Part shown: positions 12,301-22,242 of the stretch, piece by piece
How positions within the stretch are numbered: position 1 is the first letter of the stretch
Layout of the letters: each line of letters opens with the position of its first letter
Notes under the pieces: generated by a model
Database searches by the model: none
The model's input: the letters and a program-made list of their open reading frames with translations, nothing else
What the model was told of the DNA's origin: nothing
Assembly (NCBI GenBank): GCA_048940605.1
Contig: JBHLOJ010000004.1
Coordinates: 4,509 to 68,508, forward strand
Reading direction: 5' to 3'
Length of the DNA stretch: 64,000 bases
Origin: Promethearchaeota archaeon
GTDB lineage: Archaea; Asgardarchaeota; Lokiarchaeia; Sigyniarchaeales; SOKP01
Program-made: the position numbers and the translations under genes

Positions 12301-14132
12301 GGAGGTGAAATTAGCCTTAAATCTGTAATTGCCATTATAGTTAAGTCTTTTTCTAGAAATCCTGCAGCAGTACCATTATTCCAATAAACTTGAACCGTAT
12401 AAATTCCATAATTATCAGTTGCGTTATCAGATATTGTCCAATCCTGTAAGGGAATAAGTGAATTTGTAACTATTGAGTTATTAGCATAAGTATGATTTGA
12501 GTAATAACCGGGAGCAGGACTGTAAACTGTAAGATTAATATTTCCATCAATAATAGGTTCTGTAAAGTTAGCTATGAATGAAACTGTATCAGTATAGTTT
12601 ACGGAATCTTTTTCGATAGAACTTACAGATGTGTGTATTTTTTGTAGAAGATTATTCGAAGTTCCGTTAATAAACCAATATGTCCCATTTCCTGCGTTAA
12701 TAATTTGTAATGTTCTATATCCTCCAACTATGGGACCTAAACTAGTATCATCAGTCTTGTTGCTTCCAGTTCCATTAAATGTTTGCAGATTCTCCCAATT
12801 GGCTGGTACTGTAAAGTTTATCTTGTAATTAATGAAGTCAGAGTCGAAATAGTTCAATCCTCCATTTCTGGTTGTATTCCAATTAATATCCTGCCCACTT
12901 CCTTGAATTGTAAAGCTTGTCTCTGACTTTAAATCATTTCTAGTATAATTAACTTGAATTTTGGTGATATTACATGATACATCCCACCATTCAGCTGTAA
13001 GTATATAATCCAATTCATTTGGTAACTGTGAAAATGTTCCTGTAATATTCCAATTCCCTTCATTTAGACCATTAATATTATTCACAGCAGAATTATTTAC
13101 TTTTAATCCGATTTCTTTAGGTTTAGGAGTGTTATTCAAAGGATAAAAATCAATAATAAAAGGTAAATCAACAGTATTACCTGGTGCAGAATACCATTCA
13201 AGTGTAGACTGATCAGCTTGATATACTAAACATTCATTTTTTGCATCTATTCCCCCTAAATCCGTAGTATAATCAGAATATAGTCCAATTCCTCCAACTT
13301 TATCAAGTCTGATAAAAAATAAATCATAGTTGGTATCTTTCGAGTCAAATTGAAAATCAAGGTTTGTAACCGTATGCCATTGAAAAAGATCGGCACTATC
13401 ATTGAAGTATTCATTAGAAATCATAGTACCAATTTTTTGATCGGGAGTTCGAGTAGATGAAGCATTATATAAATCTAGCGTAATGTTACTAGGATTTCCA
13501 GTATTTACTTGTTTAAGTCTTAGTGTAATATTCTCTATATATCCCATTCCACTGGCATTAAAAGAAAGGAATTGACTTAGGACACTTATTCGTTGAAATT
13601 CATTCCCCGTATAATCATCATCAATAATTATAGTTTTATTGGGAGCATAGATATTAGTAATATCAATATAACTAGTTGTAGAATTAAAAGATCCATCAGA
13701 AGGGCAAACAACTGAAAAGGTATTATTATTGATATCAGAAGCATTAGTTATTTCAAATAAAGGAGTTCCTACGTCAATTTTTGACTGATGCAAACTGATA
13801 TTCAAGTTTTCTCCTGAATTACCGTAATTAGAAGAGTAGCTAGCAGTTTTGATGTCGTCAAGAGAGATAGGATCCTCTGGGATCTCGATATCAGTTAGGT
13901 TAGAATTTGAAGAGAAATTGAAAAGGTTTGGTTTAATCGCCGTAATACTAAGCATAAGAGTTAACGAGAGTAAAATAATAATTCGTTTGCTTTTCTTTAT
14001 ATTTAAATTCACCATAATAATCAGAAGTCGATTTCTAAATTTTATTTTTATATTACAATTCGTAATTCTTACTAATATTTTTGTAGGTAAAATTCGAATA
14101 AATTTTTTATTTAATTGTAATGATAATATCAC
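9303..14132 (-). CDS. Very large type I membrane protein: signal/TM, beta-rich Ig-like ectodomain, TM, cytoplasmic longin-like and helical-repeat domains (true start may be ATG 14015)
   Basis: Signal-like KKSKRIIILLSLTLML; N/T/S-rich beta repeats with many N-x-S/T sequons; TM IPYLIIIGVALAVAGGSIGVY; longin-like HILILYKGTGTCIY...DPELISGFISAICSFGKDL; TPR/MIT-like tail. Confidence 0.75.
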   Translation of the reverse strand: MILSLQLNKKFIRILPTKILVRITNCNIKIKFRNRLLIIMVNLNIKKSKRIIILLSLTLMLSITAIKPNLFNFSSNSNLTDIEIPEDPISLDDIKTASYSSNYGNSGENLNISLHQSKIDVGTPLFEITNASDINNNTFSVVCPSDGSFNSTTSYIDITNIYAPNKTIIIDDDYTGNEFQRISVLSQFLSFNASGMGYIENITLRLKQVNTGNPSNITLDLYNASSTRTPDQKIGTMISNEYFNDSADLFQWHTVTNLDFQFDSKDTNYDLFFIRLDKVGGIGLYSDYTTDLGGIDAKNECLVYQADQSTLEWYSAPGNTVDLPFIIDFYPLNNTPKPKEIGLKVNNSAVNNINGLNEGNWNITGTFSQLPNELDYILTAEWWDVSCNITKIQVNYTRNDLKSETSFTIQGSGQDINWNTTRNGGLNYFDSDFINYKINFTVPANWENLQTFNGTGSNKTDDTSLGPIVGGYRTLQIINAGNGTYWFINGTSNNLLQKIHTSVSSIEKDSVNYTDTVSFIANFTEPIIDGNINLTVYSPAPGYYSNHTYANNSIVTNSLIPLQDWTISDNATDNYGIYTVQVYWNNGTAAGFLEKDLTIMAITDLRLISPPSGEEYFGGEIFNVALFYNDTGYNQGNRGITGATLTENSGSLPAPSTNGTDGYYIYSLNTSDYIFGWNTIIFEASKQPYYNNATTDFTFYLRINTTISPSNTKDFGDVIKGQNRTYNFNYADINLNPIQGATLSIVTLPSGFGALLSEVGGTPGNYSIELDTSGITASVIPYTCIFNITAPRNETQYITLTLTVTIAQTKIDIISKDDLIIQKDGLNQTILFSFNNSDINKGISGLDVSNINVIDNQTLLPRPSNKIWLYTTATEGEYILNVSVSDLTSGWIQLEINVSLPPNYNYSTKSFNFYLRGNTTQINLISFEDINGEGILKGIGNNYSCFIERDLRTILNITDVDNDDNLLTGLAESYRIDYTQIGNSSNSGTLSESLNYVSNTYRGDIYTSNLEITGIYSINITIKLPNYEEATYSFNLTLKAKYIVNITVIEKPIEITAGASFNITLGFEYYNGTDWLTLVGANVRIVPFFDGSPATPTSYFPTDGSGEVFITILSRDDAKNMTLVVELQGSYYHVSGTLDISDITVNAPDTGLSLKDFIPYLIIIGVALAVAGGSIGVYKGIIVPKKREKSRILKEVKTIFDDAINLEHILILYKGTGTCIYFKSFGTEGIDPELISGFISAICSFGKDLVCQEELNEVTYGDRMLLLSDGEYIRVALVLSKKASIILRKNLKDFITEFEKSYESELPDWRGQLTIFRNSGALVDEILSTSIILPHEITYKFSNVKSLKNPHSKDVLKVANSMMKDSERNFFFIATLLKEATEKTNKDTAEIFMGIKELRDKKILVPIEIGVIEAQPISQQELALINQKVAGLVNLSQEEKQKLVNDLAQMGPAEREAYFVSLTEQHEIISAPIEEKPGAAIIDNVKGAKKEISKLKKIAKNARKEKDYEKSINISQNASKIAINWELSGELEQLNEFIRSTKIEDLQIKMKTLEKEAKLAAKEENYNEAAQKYKMSSKIASEIFKLGGTEMTKEVKRLSNKSKEYEKLI

Positions 14133-14264
14133 GATTAATTCCTTTAAATGTATCTAATATGAAGCAAGTATGTTCCATTAAGTAGAGTTGATCGAAAAAA
14201 TAATTTAAAAATAAATTTAAATACTATGTGTTAAAGTGTAAAAAAAAAGAGGTTTGAATAACTT

Positions 14265-14954
14265 TTATTCACTTTTTTTTAATATAATCCTAGCATCTAC
14301 ACAAATCAAGCCTTTTTCGTAGATGAACACAGGATTTAAATCCATTTCATTTATCTCTTCATGGTCAACAACAAGTTCAGATATTGTAAGTAATGTTTTT
14401 ACGATGGCGTCAATATCAGCTTTGGGTTTCCCTCGATATCCATCTAATATTGGAAAACCTTTAATTTCTTTGATCATTTCTCTGGCATCATATTCCGTTA
14501 TTGGAGCGATTCTAAAACTAACATCCTCTAAAAGCTCAACTAAGATCCCTCCTATACCAAACATTAATGCAGGCCCAAATTGGGGATCGGTTGTCATTCC
14601 TATGATAAGTTCTGTTATTGGTTCATCTGCCATTTTCTGAACGGAGATCTTTTTCTCTTTTTGAGAAGGAATTTTCATTAATTCTTCATAGGCATCTTCA
14701 ACTTCTTGTGTATTCTTTAAATTTAGTTTTACAGCTCCGGTATCAGATTTATGGACTATATCTTCTGCCATGAGTTTTAAAACTACTGGAAATCCAATTT
14801 GTTCAGCTGCGGAACGGGTATCTTCCTTTGAGGTTGTTAATTTTTGACCAGGTACAGGAATTCCAACCTCTTGTAGAAGCTCCTTAGATTCAAACTCAGT
14901 TAAGACTGTTTGATTTGTTTCAATCTTATTTTTCAAAACTTCAGCAATGTTCAT
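14265..14954 (-). CDS. acdB: ADP-forming acetate/acyl-CoA ligase beta subunit (ATP-grasp)
   Basis: Motifs LTEFESKELL, GFPVVLK, HKSDTGAV, DPQFGP.LMFG.GG, L.GYRG and EMDLNP. Confidence 0.92.
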   Translation of the reverse strand: MNIAEVLKNKIETNQTVLTEFESKELLQEVGIPVPGQKLTTSKEDTRSAAEQIGFPVVLKLMAEDIVHKSDTGAVKLNLKNTQEVEDAYEELMKIPSQKEKKISVQKMADEPITELIIGMTTDPQFGPALMFGIGGILVELLEDVSFRIAPITEYDAREMIKEIKGFPILDGYRGKPKADIDAIVKTLLTISELVVDHEEINEMDLNPVFIYEKGLICVDARIILKKSE

Positions 14955-15108
14955 AACTATAATCTCATTTGAAAATATTGAACTATTCAGTTCTAATTAA
15001 ATTATAAAATTATAAAAAAAATATAAAATTAATTAAAAAGAATTAAGTTTTATAGTTCTAGTTAAAATTTATAAAAATTAGAGTTAGTAAAATAATTGAA
15101 ATAAAATT

Positions 15109-17931
15109 TTACTTAGATTTTCTTATGACTTTCATACCTCTTTTTTTGCGGATTCTCCATTTTCGAAGCTCATCAACGACTGAGACACTAAATGCGCCTA
15201 ATAAAAGAGTTATCCAATAATAAGGGTGCAATAAAGGTATAACATGGAATGCTAATCCCATAGGAGTATATAATATAAGTAATTGTAAACCTAAAGAAAG
15301 TCCGGTAGCCCAAAATAAGTGTTTATTTGGAAACAGGTAAAAAGGTTTCACGTTAGAAGTACATGTGTAAACAAACATTAATTCACAGATGACCAGATTT
15401 GAAAATATTATTGTCTGAGCTAAGGATAGAGCATATGCACTATCTATTGCCGTTAAACGTGGATCTATACCCGTGTCAATCCAAGCAGGAAGTAATACAC
15501 TCCATAGTAGTAAATAGAGAGTAACGTCTGTGATCGATGTATAAATTCCAAGTAAAAGAACCGGACCTTTAATCTCTGGTATTAAGGTAAAACCCTTTCT
15601 TGGTTTCTCTTTCATCACATCGGGATCTGTAGGCGTAAGTCCCAGAACCATGGCGGGTATGCCATCAGTCGCTATATTAAGCCATAAAATCTGAATTGGT
15701 TTAACTGGAAGACCAACAAATACAAGTGGAAATAGTTTCATTACAATATAGGCTACAAGGATTAAAAATATTTCATCAAAATTAGTACTTAACATATATC
15801 TAAAGAACCCTTTTGTGGTTTCAAAAATACCTCTCCCTTCTTCTATCGCATTAACAATAGTTGCGTAATTATCATCAATTAGTATCATCTCTGAAGCCTC
15901 TTGAGTCACCTCGGTCCCTTTTAACCCCATTGCGACACCCACATGTGCTCCTTTTACAGCAGGAGCATCATTTACCCCATCACCCGTCATTGAAACAACT
16001 AAATCTAATTCCTTCAATCTACGCAAGATTCTTAATTTGTGTTCCGAGGAAACTCTCGCAAAAATATCTACTGTTTTTACTTTCTCACGAAGATCATCAT
16101 CGCTCATTTCCTCTAATTCAATTCCCGTAATTGCTTCGCTTGATTGTGTTAAACCAATTTCTTGAGCAATTGCAATAGCAGTAATTTTATGGTCACCTGT
16201 GATCATTATAGTTCTAATACCAGCGTCTCGAGCTTCTTCTATAGCATCTTTTACCTCATCCCTTGCGGGGTCTATTATTCCGGCTAAACCAAGATATATA
16301 TAGTCAGTTTCTATTTCTTCCTCTTTATATCCTTCTTTTATAGGTTTATATGCTACACCTAATACTCGAAGTGCATTCTTTGCAAATTCTTCATTTTTCT
16401 GTAAAATGATATCTTTTACTTCATTAATAGGTTTTTCTTGACCATCCATGAATGCCTTAGCAGCGTTATTTAATAACACATCTGGAGCGCCTTTAATTAA
16501 GGCAACTATTTGATTATCAATTTTTGAAATCACTGACATCATCTTTCTATCAGAACTGAAAGGAATTTCATCAATTTTTTCAGCTTTTGTATCTAAATCC
16601 ATTTTCATTGCTAATACTTTTAATGAGATTTCTGTTGGATCACCAACCACATCAGTGTCATTAGTACCATTATCTTTAGGAGATACATTTGAATTATTAC
16701 AAAACATACAAACCTCGAGAAATCTTTTGAGATAATTTTCTTCTAATAATGAAACTTGCTTCCCTTTTTCATTTATGATCTTACCTTCAAGCGCATATCC
16801 TACCCCTTCAACATTGTATTCTTTTCCTCCTAAAAACACTTTTACAACCGTCATTTCGTTTTTAGTAAGAGTACCCGTTTTATCTGAGCAAATTACGTTT
16901 ACTCTTCCCAAAGTCTCAACAGCAGTGAGCTTACGCACCAATGCATTACGATCTGCCATTTTACGCATTCCTAAAGACATAACAACGGTAATTACAACTA
17001 TTAAGCCTTCAGGTACAGCTGAAACCGCCAAACTTATTGATATTTCAAAAGCAGTAATAAGGTCTTCAAAACTAAATTCTGTTATTAATAATATAAAAAG
17101 TTCAGTTAGAAAAACTGCTGCGCATATTATTAGAATTAACATCCCTAGAAGCTTTCCAAACCTATTTACCTCTTTTTGAAATGGGCTAAGTTCAATTTCT
17201 TCTTCTTGTAAACTTTCCGCTATTTTACCAATTTCAGTATGCATTCCTGTTCCAATAACAATTCCTTCTCCATTACCACGGGTGATTATAGTATTCATAT
17301 ACCCAAGATTAGTCCTATCTGCTAAAATCATTTTCTTGTCAACAGGGTTTATTTGTTTTTTAACTGGTTTTGATTCTCCAGTTAAAATTGCCTCATCGAC
17401 ATAAAGTGAAAATTGTTTGTAGATTCTTATATCCGCAGGAAATTTATCTCCTTCATCAAAAAGGACAATATCTCCAGGAACAACTTCCTCTACACCAATC
17501 TCAATTACTCTACCACCTCTTCGGACTTTAGCAAAATGAGGTGCTAGTTTTTTTAGACTTTCTAGGGATCGTTCAGCTTGATACTCTTGGTAAAAGCCTA
17601 ATATAGCATTCACTATCAAAATTGCTGCGATTACTATTGCATCAGTATATTCTGTAGGCCATGTTGTATCGGAATCAATAGATTCATATATTCCAATTAC
17701 AACTGAAATAAATATTGCGAAAATTAGAAGATATATAAGGAAATCTTTAAACTGTCCTATGAAGATCTGCCAAGCGGTCTTACCTTTTTCTTTAACTAGT
17801 TCATTTCTGCCGTATTTTTCAATTCTAATTTGTGATTCTTCTTCAGTTAAACCAATTTCAATAGAAGTATTCATTTTTTTAGCTACTTCATTGAAATCGA
17901 TTGCATGTGATTGAATATTTTCCATTTTCAT
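15109..17931 (-). CDS. Cation-transporting P-type ATPase (P2A, Ca2+/SERCA-like)
   Basis: Motifs LTGES, AVPEGL, CSDKTGTLT (phosphorylated Asp), KGAPD, MITGD, TGDGVNDAPA and QILWLN.ATD. Confidence 0.95.
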   Translation of the reverse strand: MKMENIQSHAIDFNEVAKKMNTSIEIGLTEEESQIRIEKYGRNELVKEKGKTAWQIFIGQFKDFLIYLLIFAIFISVVIGIYESIDSDTTWPTEYTDAIVIAAILIVNAILGFYQEYQAERSLESLKKLAPHFAKVRRGGRVIEIGVEEVVPGDIVLFDEGDKFPADIRIYKQFSLYVDEAILTGESKPVKKQINPVDKKMILADRTNLGYMNTIITRGNGEGIVIGTGMHTEIGKIAESLQEEEIELSPFQKEVNRFGKLLGMLILIICAAVFLTELFILLITEFSFEDLITAFEISISLAVSAVPEGLIVVITVVMSLGMRKMADRNALVRKLTAVETLGRVNVICSDKTGTLTKNEMTVVKVFLGGKEYNVEGVGYALEGKIINEKGKQVSLLEENYLKRFLEVCMFCNNSNVSPKDNGTNDTDVVGDPTEISLKVLAMKMDLDTKAEKIDEIPFSSDRKMMSVISKIDNQIVALIKGAPDVLLNNAAKAFMDGQEKPINEVKDIILQKNEEFAKNALRVLGVAYKPIKEGYKEEEIETDYIYLGLAGIIDPARDEVKDAIEEARDAGIRTIMITGDHKITAIAIAQEIGLTQSSEAITGIELEEMSDDDLREKVKTVDIFARVSSEHKLRILRRLKELDLVVSMTGDGVNDAPAVKGAHVGVAMGLKGTEVTQEASEMILIDDNYATIVNAIEEGRGIFETTKGFFRYMLSTNFDEIFLILVAYIVMKLFPLVFVGLPVKPIQILWLNIATDGIPAMVLGLTPTDPDVMKEKPRKGFTLIPEIKGPVLLLGIYTSITDVTLYLLLWSVLLPAWIDTGIDPRLTAIDSAYALSLAQTIIFSNLVICELMFVYTCTSNVKPFYLFPNKHLFWATGLSLGLQLLILYTPMGLAFHVIPLLHPYYWITLLLGAFSVSVVDELRKWRIRKKRGMKVIRKSK

Positions 17932-18283
17932 TACACAAATTTTAATTTTACTTTAGATGTTTTTAATAAAAGAATTAAAAATATATAAACTCATTATTGA
18001 TTTAATAAATTTAAATTCTCTTATTGGCTTTAGTAAAAGAAAAAATTAACTATAATCACTCGGATTCATATCTTTCAAGAAAGTATATCTTAGAATTTGC
18101 TCTTAAAAAACTTAATAAACTCAAAAAAAAAAATATGAATCTTAGAACTACTATTAACCTTTTTGACATGTTATTAGAAGAAAAATACCTTAAGAATTAA
18201 AAATGTAAAATTTATAAATATCTTAATAGTTATTTTAATAAATTTATTAAAAATAATACAAAAAACATCTAAATTCGATTAGT

Positions 18284-18850
18284 ATGAGACCGTCGCGTGT
18301 TTTTAGACTATTATTTCGTATCTTTATAGCGATATTGACATTATCAGTAACTATGGTTTCAATTTTGGGTGGATTATCTGCCGTCATGATCTTATCAAAT
18401 AGAGATAATCTTCAGATAGATCTTGATAACGCAGATTTTAATATTTCTGTAAACATTACTACATTTCAAATTGAAAATATTAATTTCTCTCTACCGTTTA
18501 AAGTTAATAATACGGGCTATTTTGATATAGAGAACCTAGAATTAGAATTAGACTTATATTTAAATTATAGTTCCATTGCTGCTGGGAACAACACTGTAGC
18601 TATTAAGATACTTAATAAAACTCAAGCTCTTGGTGATATTCCTAGAGGTGAAATTGGAGATTTCGTCTTTTTTGGTGATAATAGCAGTTTTAATTATCTA
18701 GCTTTTCCACCTATGTCAGATATAAACCCGTTTAGGCTACCTCATATATTAGAATTTTACGCAAATATTACAGTCAGTTTAGATTATTCTCTCGGCTTAC
18801 ATTCACTGGCGATTACGTTAGAAAATTATTTTATTGAGGGATTTCCATAG
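18284..18850 (+). CDS. Membrane-anchored beta-sandwich protein (LEA_2/WHy-like)
   Basis: N-terminal TM followed by a beta-rich domain with FSLPFKVNNTGYFDIENLEL. Confidence 0.5.
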   Translation: MRPSRVFRLLFRIFIAILTLSVTMVSILGGLSAVMILSNRDNLQIDLDNADFNISVNITTFQIENINFSLPFKVNNTGYFDIENLELELDLYLNYSSIAAGNNTVAIKILNKTQALGDIPRGEIGDFVFFGDNSSFNYLAFPPMSDINPFRLPHILEFYANITVSLDYSLGLHSLAITLENYFIEGFP

Positions 18851-18862
18851 GGGGTTATATAA

Positions 18863-19336
18863 ATGGGTGCAGCTAAAAATATGGTAAGGGGTTTTATATT
18901 CACTGGTGTCTACGTACTTTTTACTATTGTTATCCCATTAACGCTTTTTACATTACTCTTTAGCATTGAAGGTTTACCTTTAGAATGGGAACAATTAGAT
19001 CAAACCAATATAACTTTTTGGTTAACTGCTTTTGGATTATTAGCGAGCGGTTTTGCATTTTTCAAATATTCTTCCCCAAAACAATCAATTAGAAAGGGAA
19101 TATTTGCTCTCATACAAGTTATTATAAATTGTTTATATCTTTGGAGTTATAGATTCTCTGGTGCGGCAGAAATAACTTTCATTATCATAGATTATGGATT
19201 TTTTACTTTGGACCTTTCACAGATGATTTTAATTTATATGGGAGTCTACTTTTTAACGATTGTACTTAAAGTATATGATATTTTTGATTATACGATTAAT
19301 AGAGAAAAAATTCGAGAAAATCGGATGAAAGAATAA
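18863..19336 (+). CDS. Four-TM hypothetical membrane protein
   Basis: Four hydrophobic segments; GGGG SD-like motif; 12 bp after the previous gene. Confidence 0.7.
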   Translation: MGAAKNMVRGFIFTGVYVLFTIVIPLTLFTLLFSIEGLPLEWEQLDQTNITFWLTAFGLLASGFAFFKYSSPKQSIRKGIFALIQVIINCLYLWSYRFSGAAEITFIIIDYGFFTLDLSQMILIYMGVYFLTIVLKVYDIFDYTINREKIRENRMKE

Positions 19337-19353
19337 TAGAGGTGGAAAAAAAA

Positions 19354-19755
19354 ATGATATTTCAGGCTATGGATTTTTTGGAAGTAATAGCAAATATAGT
19401 TACTGCTATTCTCCTTTTTCTTAAACCATTAGTAACTCCTATAGGACAATGGATGGTCGATTGGATAACTGCTACAACACAATTTTTTAAAGATAACCTC
19501 GGTACAAGTTTAACTTTTTATGTTGTTGTTTTTGTTGTTTTAGTAGTTTCTGCTATAGTGGTCAATATAATATGGCCAGGGGATAGACCAGGATCAATCT
19601 TCTCAAAAGGAATAGGAAAACTTGAGGAATTTGAAGATAAAATTGACATCTCTGATGAGGAAGATATAGTAGACGAGATCAAGAGATGCAAAGATTGTGG
19701 AAATCCAGTTGGAGATTCAGAAATCTGTCCATTATGTGGGGCTCGTCAAATATAA
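19354..19755 (+). CDS. Membrane protein with C-terminal zinc ribbon
   Basis: SD GAGGTG then ATG at 19354 (the track's GTG at 19342 lies inside the SD); TM segment, acidic linker, CKDC...CPLC. Confidence 0.7.
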   Translation: MIFQAMDFLEVIANIVTAILLFLKPLVTPIGQWMVDWITATTQFFKDNLGTSLTFYVVVFVVLVVSAIVVNIIWPGDRPGSIFSKGIGKLEEFEDKIDISDEEDIVDEIKRCKDCGNPVGDSEICPLCGARQI

Positions 19756-20089
19756 ATTAAAATTTCACCTTTAATTTTTCTTTTTTTAATTTTTTCTGAA
19801 ATTTTTCTCAGTATTTAGATAATTTGTTCCTTCTATTCCTCGTAGATCTTTAATATCTTTTTAAAAACCGAATTATTTCGAATAAATGTTGGTATTTACA
19901 TATAATCTCGATCACAGTTGAAACCTGAGTATTTATAAAAACTAAAACAGCATAATTTATTGTAGATTTAGCTGACTAAAGAATCTCCTCTAATTTAATA
20001 AAATATAATTAAGATAAATTACTAATTTTTCCAATAGAATATTATTTAAATATAGTTTGGAAAAAAAGAAAATTAGTGTTGATTTTATT

Positions 20090-21244
20090 ATGGATTTTTC
20101 TTTATCAGAAAAACAAGAAATGTTAAAAAAAATTACGAGAGAATTTGCTGAAGAGTACCTTGTACCTGTAGCAAAAGAAAGTGATGAAAAGCAGGAATTA
20201 GACGAAACTGCTTTTCAAAAAATGAAAGAAATGAATTATTTTGGAACATGCATTCCAGAAGAATATGGTGGTGCTGGTCTTCATAATGACACTGTAAGTC
20301 ATTGTATTATTGTTGAAGAAATAGGACGTGCCGATGCTGCTTGGGGTCTTTCTATAGCAGTTCATAATGGCCTTGTTAGTTATCCAATCTATAAATATGG
20401 AACTGAAGAACAAAAACAGAAGTTTCTAATAGATCTTGCTAAAGGTGATAAATTGGGTGCTTTTTGTTTAACAGAACCAGATGCCGGTTCAGATGCCGGA
20501 GGAGTGCAATTAACAGCAGAGAAAGATGGAGATGACTATTTACTCAATGGAACTAAGATTTTTGCTACGAATGGGGGGATAGCAAATACACTTCTAGTAA
20601 TAACTAAAACTGGAGAGAAGGAAGGCAGAAAACAGTTAACAGTATTTATCGTTGATTCTGATACTCCCGGTTATACTGTTGGTGCAAAAGAGGATAAATT
20701 AGGAGTTCGTGGCTCTAATACATCCGAACTTGTATTTAAAGACGTTAGAATACCTCAGGAGAACATTTTAGGAGGAATTGGTGAAGGATTTAAACTTACA
20801 ATGCAAATTTTGGGATACGGAAGAATTGTTATTGCTGCTCAGTCTGTAGGTCTAGGGCAAGCATCTTTAGAAGCCTCAATAAAATATGCAAATGAGAGAG
20901 TGCAATTCGGACAACCTATAGGAAGATTTCAAGCGATTCAATGGATGATAGCAGATATGGCGTGTGCTGTAGACGCGGGACGATATTTTACTTATAAAGC
21001 TGCTTATATGCATGATAATCAAATGGATTATGGATATATTAGTTCAATGGCAAAACTGGTAGCATCAGAAGCAGCAATGCAGGCTGCTCATAGTGCTGTT
21101 CAAATACATGGAGGATATGGATTAATGAAAGATTACCCCGTAGAAAGATATTTTAGAGATGCAAAGATGGGCGAGATTTACGAGGGAACGAGTGAAGTTC
21201 AAAGGATGGTAATTGCTAATCATTTATTGCGAAAGGGAGTTTAA
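20090..21244 (+). CDS. Acyl-CoA dehydrogenase (short-chain/butyryl-CoA type)
   Basis: Motifs IPEEYGG, AFCLTEPDAGSD, LNGTKIFATNG, R.QFG.PI, QIHGGYG and IYEGTSEVQR; likely start is ATG 20090 (MDFSLSE). Confidence 0.95.
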   Translation: MDFSLSEKQEMLKKITREFAEEYLVPVAKESDEKQELDETAFQKMKEMNYFGTCIPEEYGGAGLHNDTVSHCIIVEEIGRADAAWGLSIAVHNGLVSYPIYKYGTEEQKQKFLIDLAKGDKLGAFCLTEPDAGSDAGGVQLTAEKDGDDYLLNGTKIFATNGGIANTLLVITKTGEKEGRKQLTVFIVDSDTPGYTVGAKEDKLGVRGSNTSELVFKDVRIPQENILGGIGEGFKLTMQILGYGRIVIAAQSVGLGQASLEASIKYANERVQFGQPIGRFQAIQWMIADMACAVDAGRYFTYKAAYMHDNQMDYGYISSMAKLVASEAAMQAAHSAVQIHGGYGLMKDYPVERYFRDAKMGEIYEGTSEVQRMVIANHLLRKGV

Positions 21245-21255
21245 TTATAAAAACC

Positions 21256-21291
21256 AAGAGAGATATTTAATAATTATTAAAATTCTCTCTT
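21256..21291. repeat. 36-nt near-perfect inverted repeat just downstream of the acyl-CoA dehydrogenase (hairpin/terminator or protein-binding site)
   Basis: AAGAGAGA-ta-TTTAATAA|TTATTAAA-at-TCTCTCTT; 16 of 18 pairs are complementary. Confidence 0.55.
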
Positions 21292-21451
21292 AGAATATTG
21301 ATCATTAAGGATTTCATTTTTTATTCTTTTTTTAAAAATAATTTAATTGTTTTTATAATAAATTATTAGTTAGCTAGTAGTAAGTTTAAATGTATAATCG
21401 ATCTATTTAATATGTAATAAGAATATATCATTCATTTTTATTTAATAAAAT

Positions 21452-22201
21452 ATGAATTTCAATTATAATCTCGAGAGTTTCAAAAATAAACGAGATCTTA
21501 TTGAAGAACTCAATTTTTATAAATTTATTATTCTCAAAAAAGTAAAAATTGAGGATTATAATTCAGCTTTGGAAAAAATAAGATCTGCATTGATATTAAT
21601 AGAGGAACATAAAAGTTTATTTAATCTCGAAAAAGAATTAAGTAATTTTTATGAACTGAATAAACAAGTTAACGAAGAATTATTACAGTATAGAAGGATA
21701 TATGAACGTCGTTTTAATAACCTTTTAAGGGAAAAACTCAATGAGGCTAATCTTGAGAATTTTTCAAAGCTTTTAGCAATGCTAAAAAGTGAAGTAAATC
21801 ATAATTTAGATAAATGTAATCTAGAAGATATTAGTGATAATATAACCAAGTATTTCAAATTTATAAAAAAATTATATGAAATTCTAAGCTGTTATAAGAT
21901 ACTAAATTATCATGACGCTTCTGAAAAAATTTTTGAATTTGTTAGGGACATCAAATCGGAAAATTTTCCCAATTTAAAATTATTAATCTCACTAATCTAT
22001 CAAAATTTACTAAATTTTAAATTATTAGAATTTTCCAAAAAATATGATAAGGTATCAATTTCTACTCTTTCTACTAGAATGTCAATAAATCAAGATAGAT
22101 TAGTTGATTTTATAAATTTAATTATGAAACAACCTAAAAGCCCTATAAAGAGTTATATTTCAGACACTCAAGAAGTATACTTCAAAAAAGTACCATTTTG
22201 A
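21452..22201 (+). CDS. Helical-repeat protein with C-terminal PCI-type winged helix
   Basis: All-alpha body; C-terminus LLEFSKKYDKVSISTLSTRMSINQDRLVDFINLIM...IKSYISDTQEVYF follows the PCI pattern. Confidence 0.6.
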   Translation: MNFNYNLESFKNKRDLIEELNFYKFIILKKVKIEDYNSALEKIRSALILIEEHKSLFNLEKELSNFYELNKQVNEELLQYRRIYERRFNNLLREKLNEANLENFSKLLAMLKSEVNHNLDKCNLEDISDNITKYFKFIKKLYEILSCYKILNYHDASEKIFEFVRDIKSENFPNLKLLISLIYQNLLNFKLLEFSKKYDKVSISTLSTRMSINQDRLVDFINLIMKQPKSPIKSYISDTQEVYFKKVPF

Positions 22202-22242
22202 ATTAAAATTCTCTCAAAGTGTATAAGGGATTAAAAAGTTAC

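Noticed and set aside
19760-19995. Minus-strand SD (GAGGAG) followed by coding-like sequence
   Set aside because: No continuous ORF; at most an unassignable relic.
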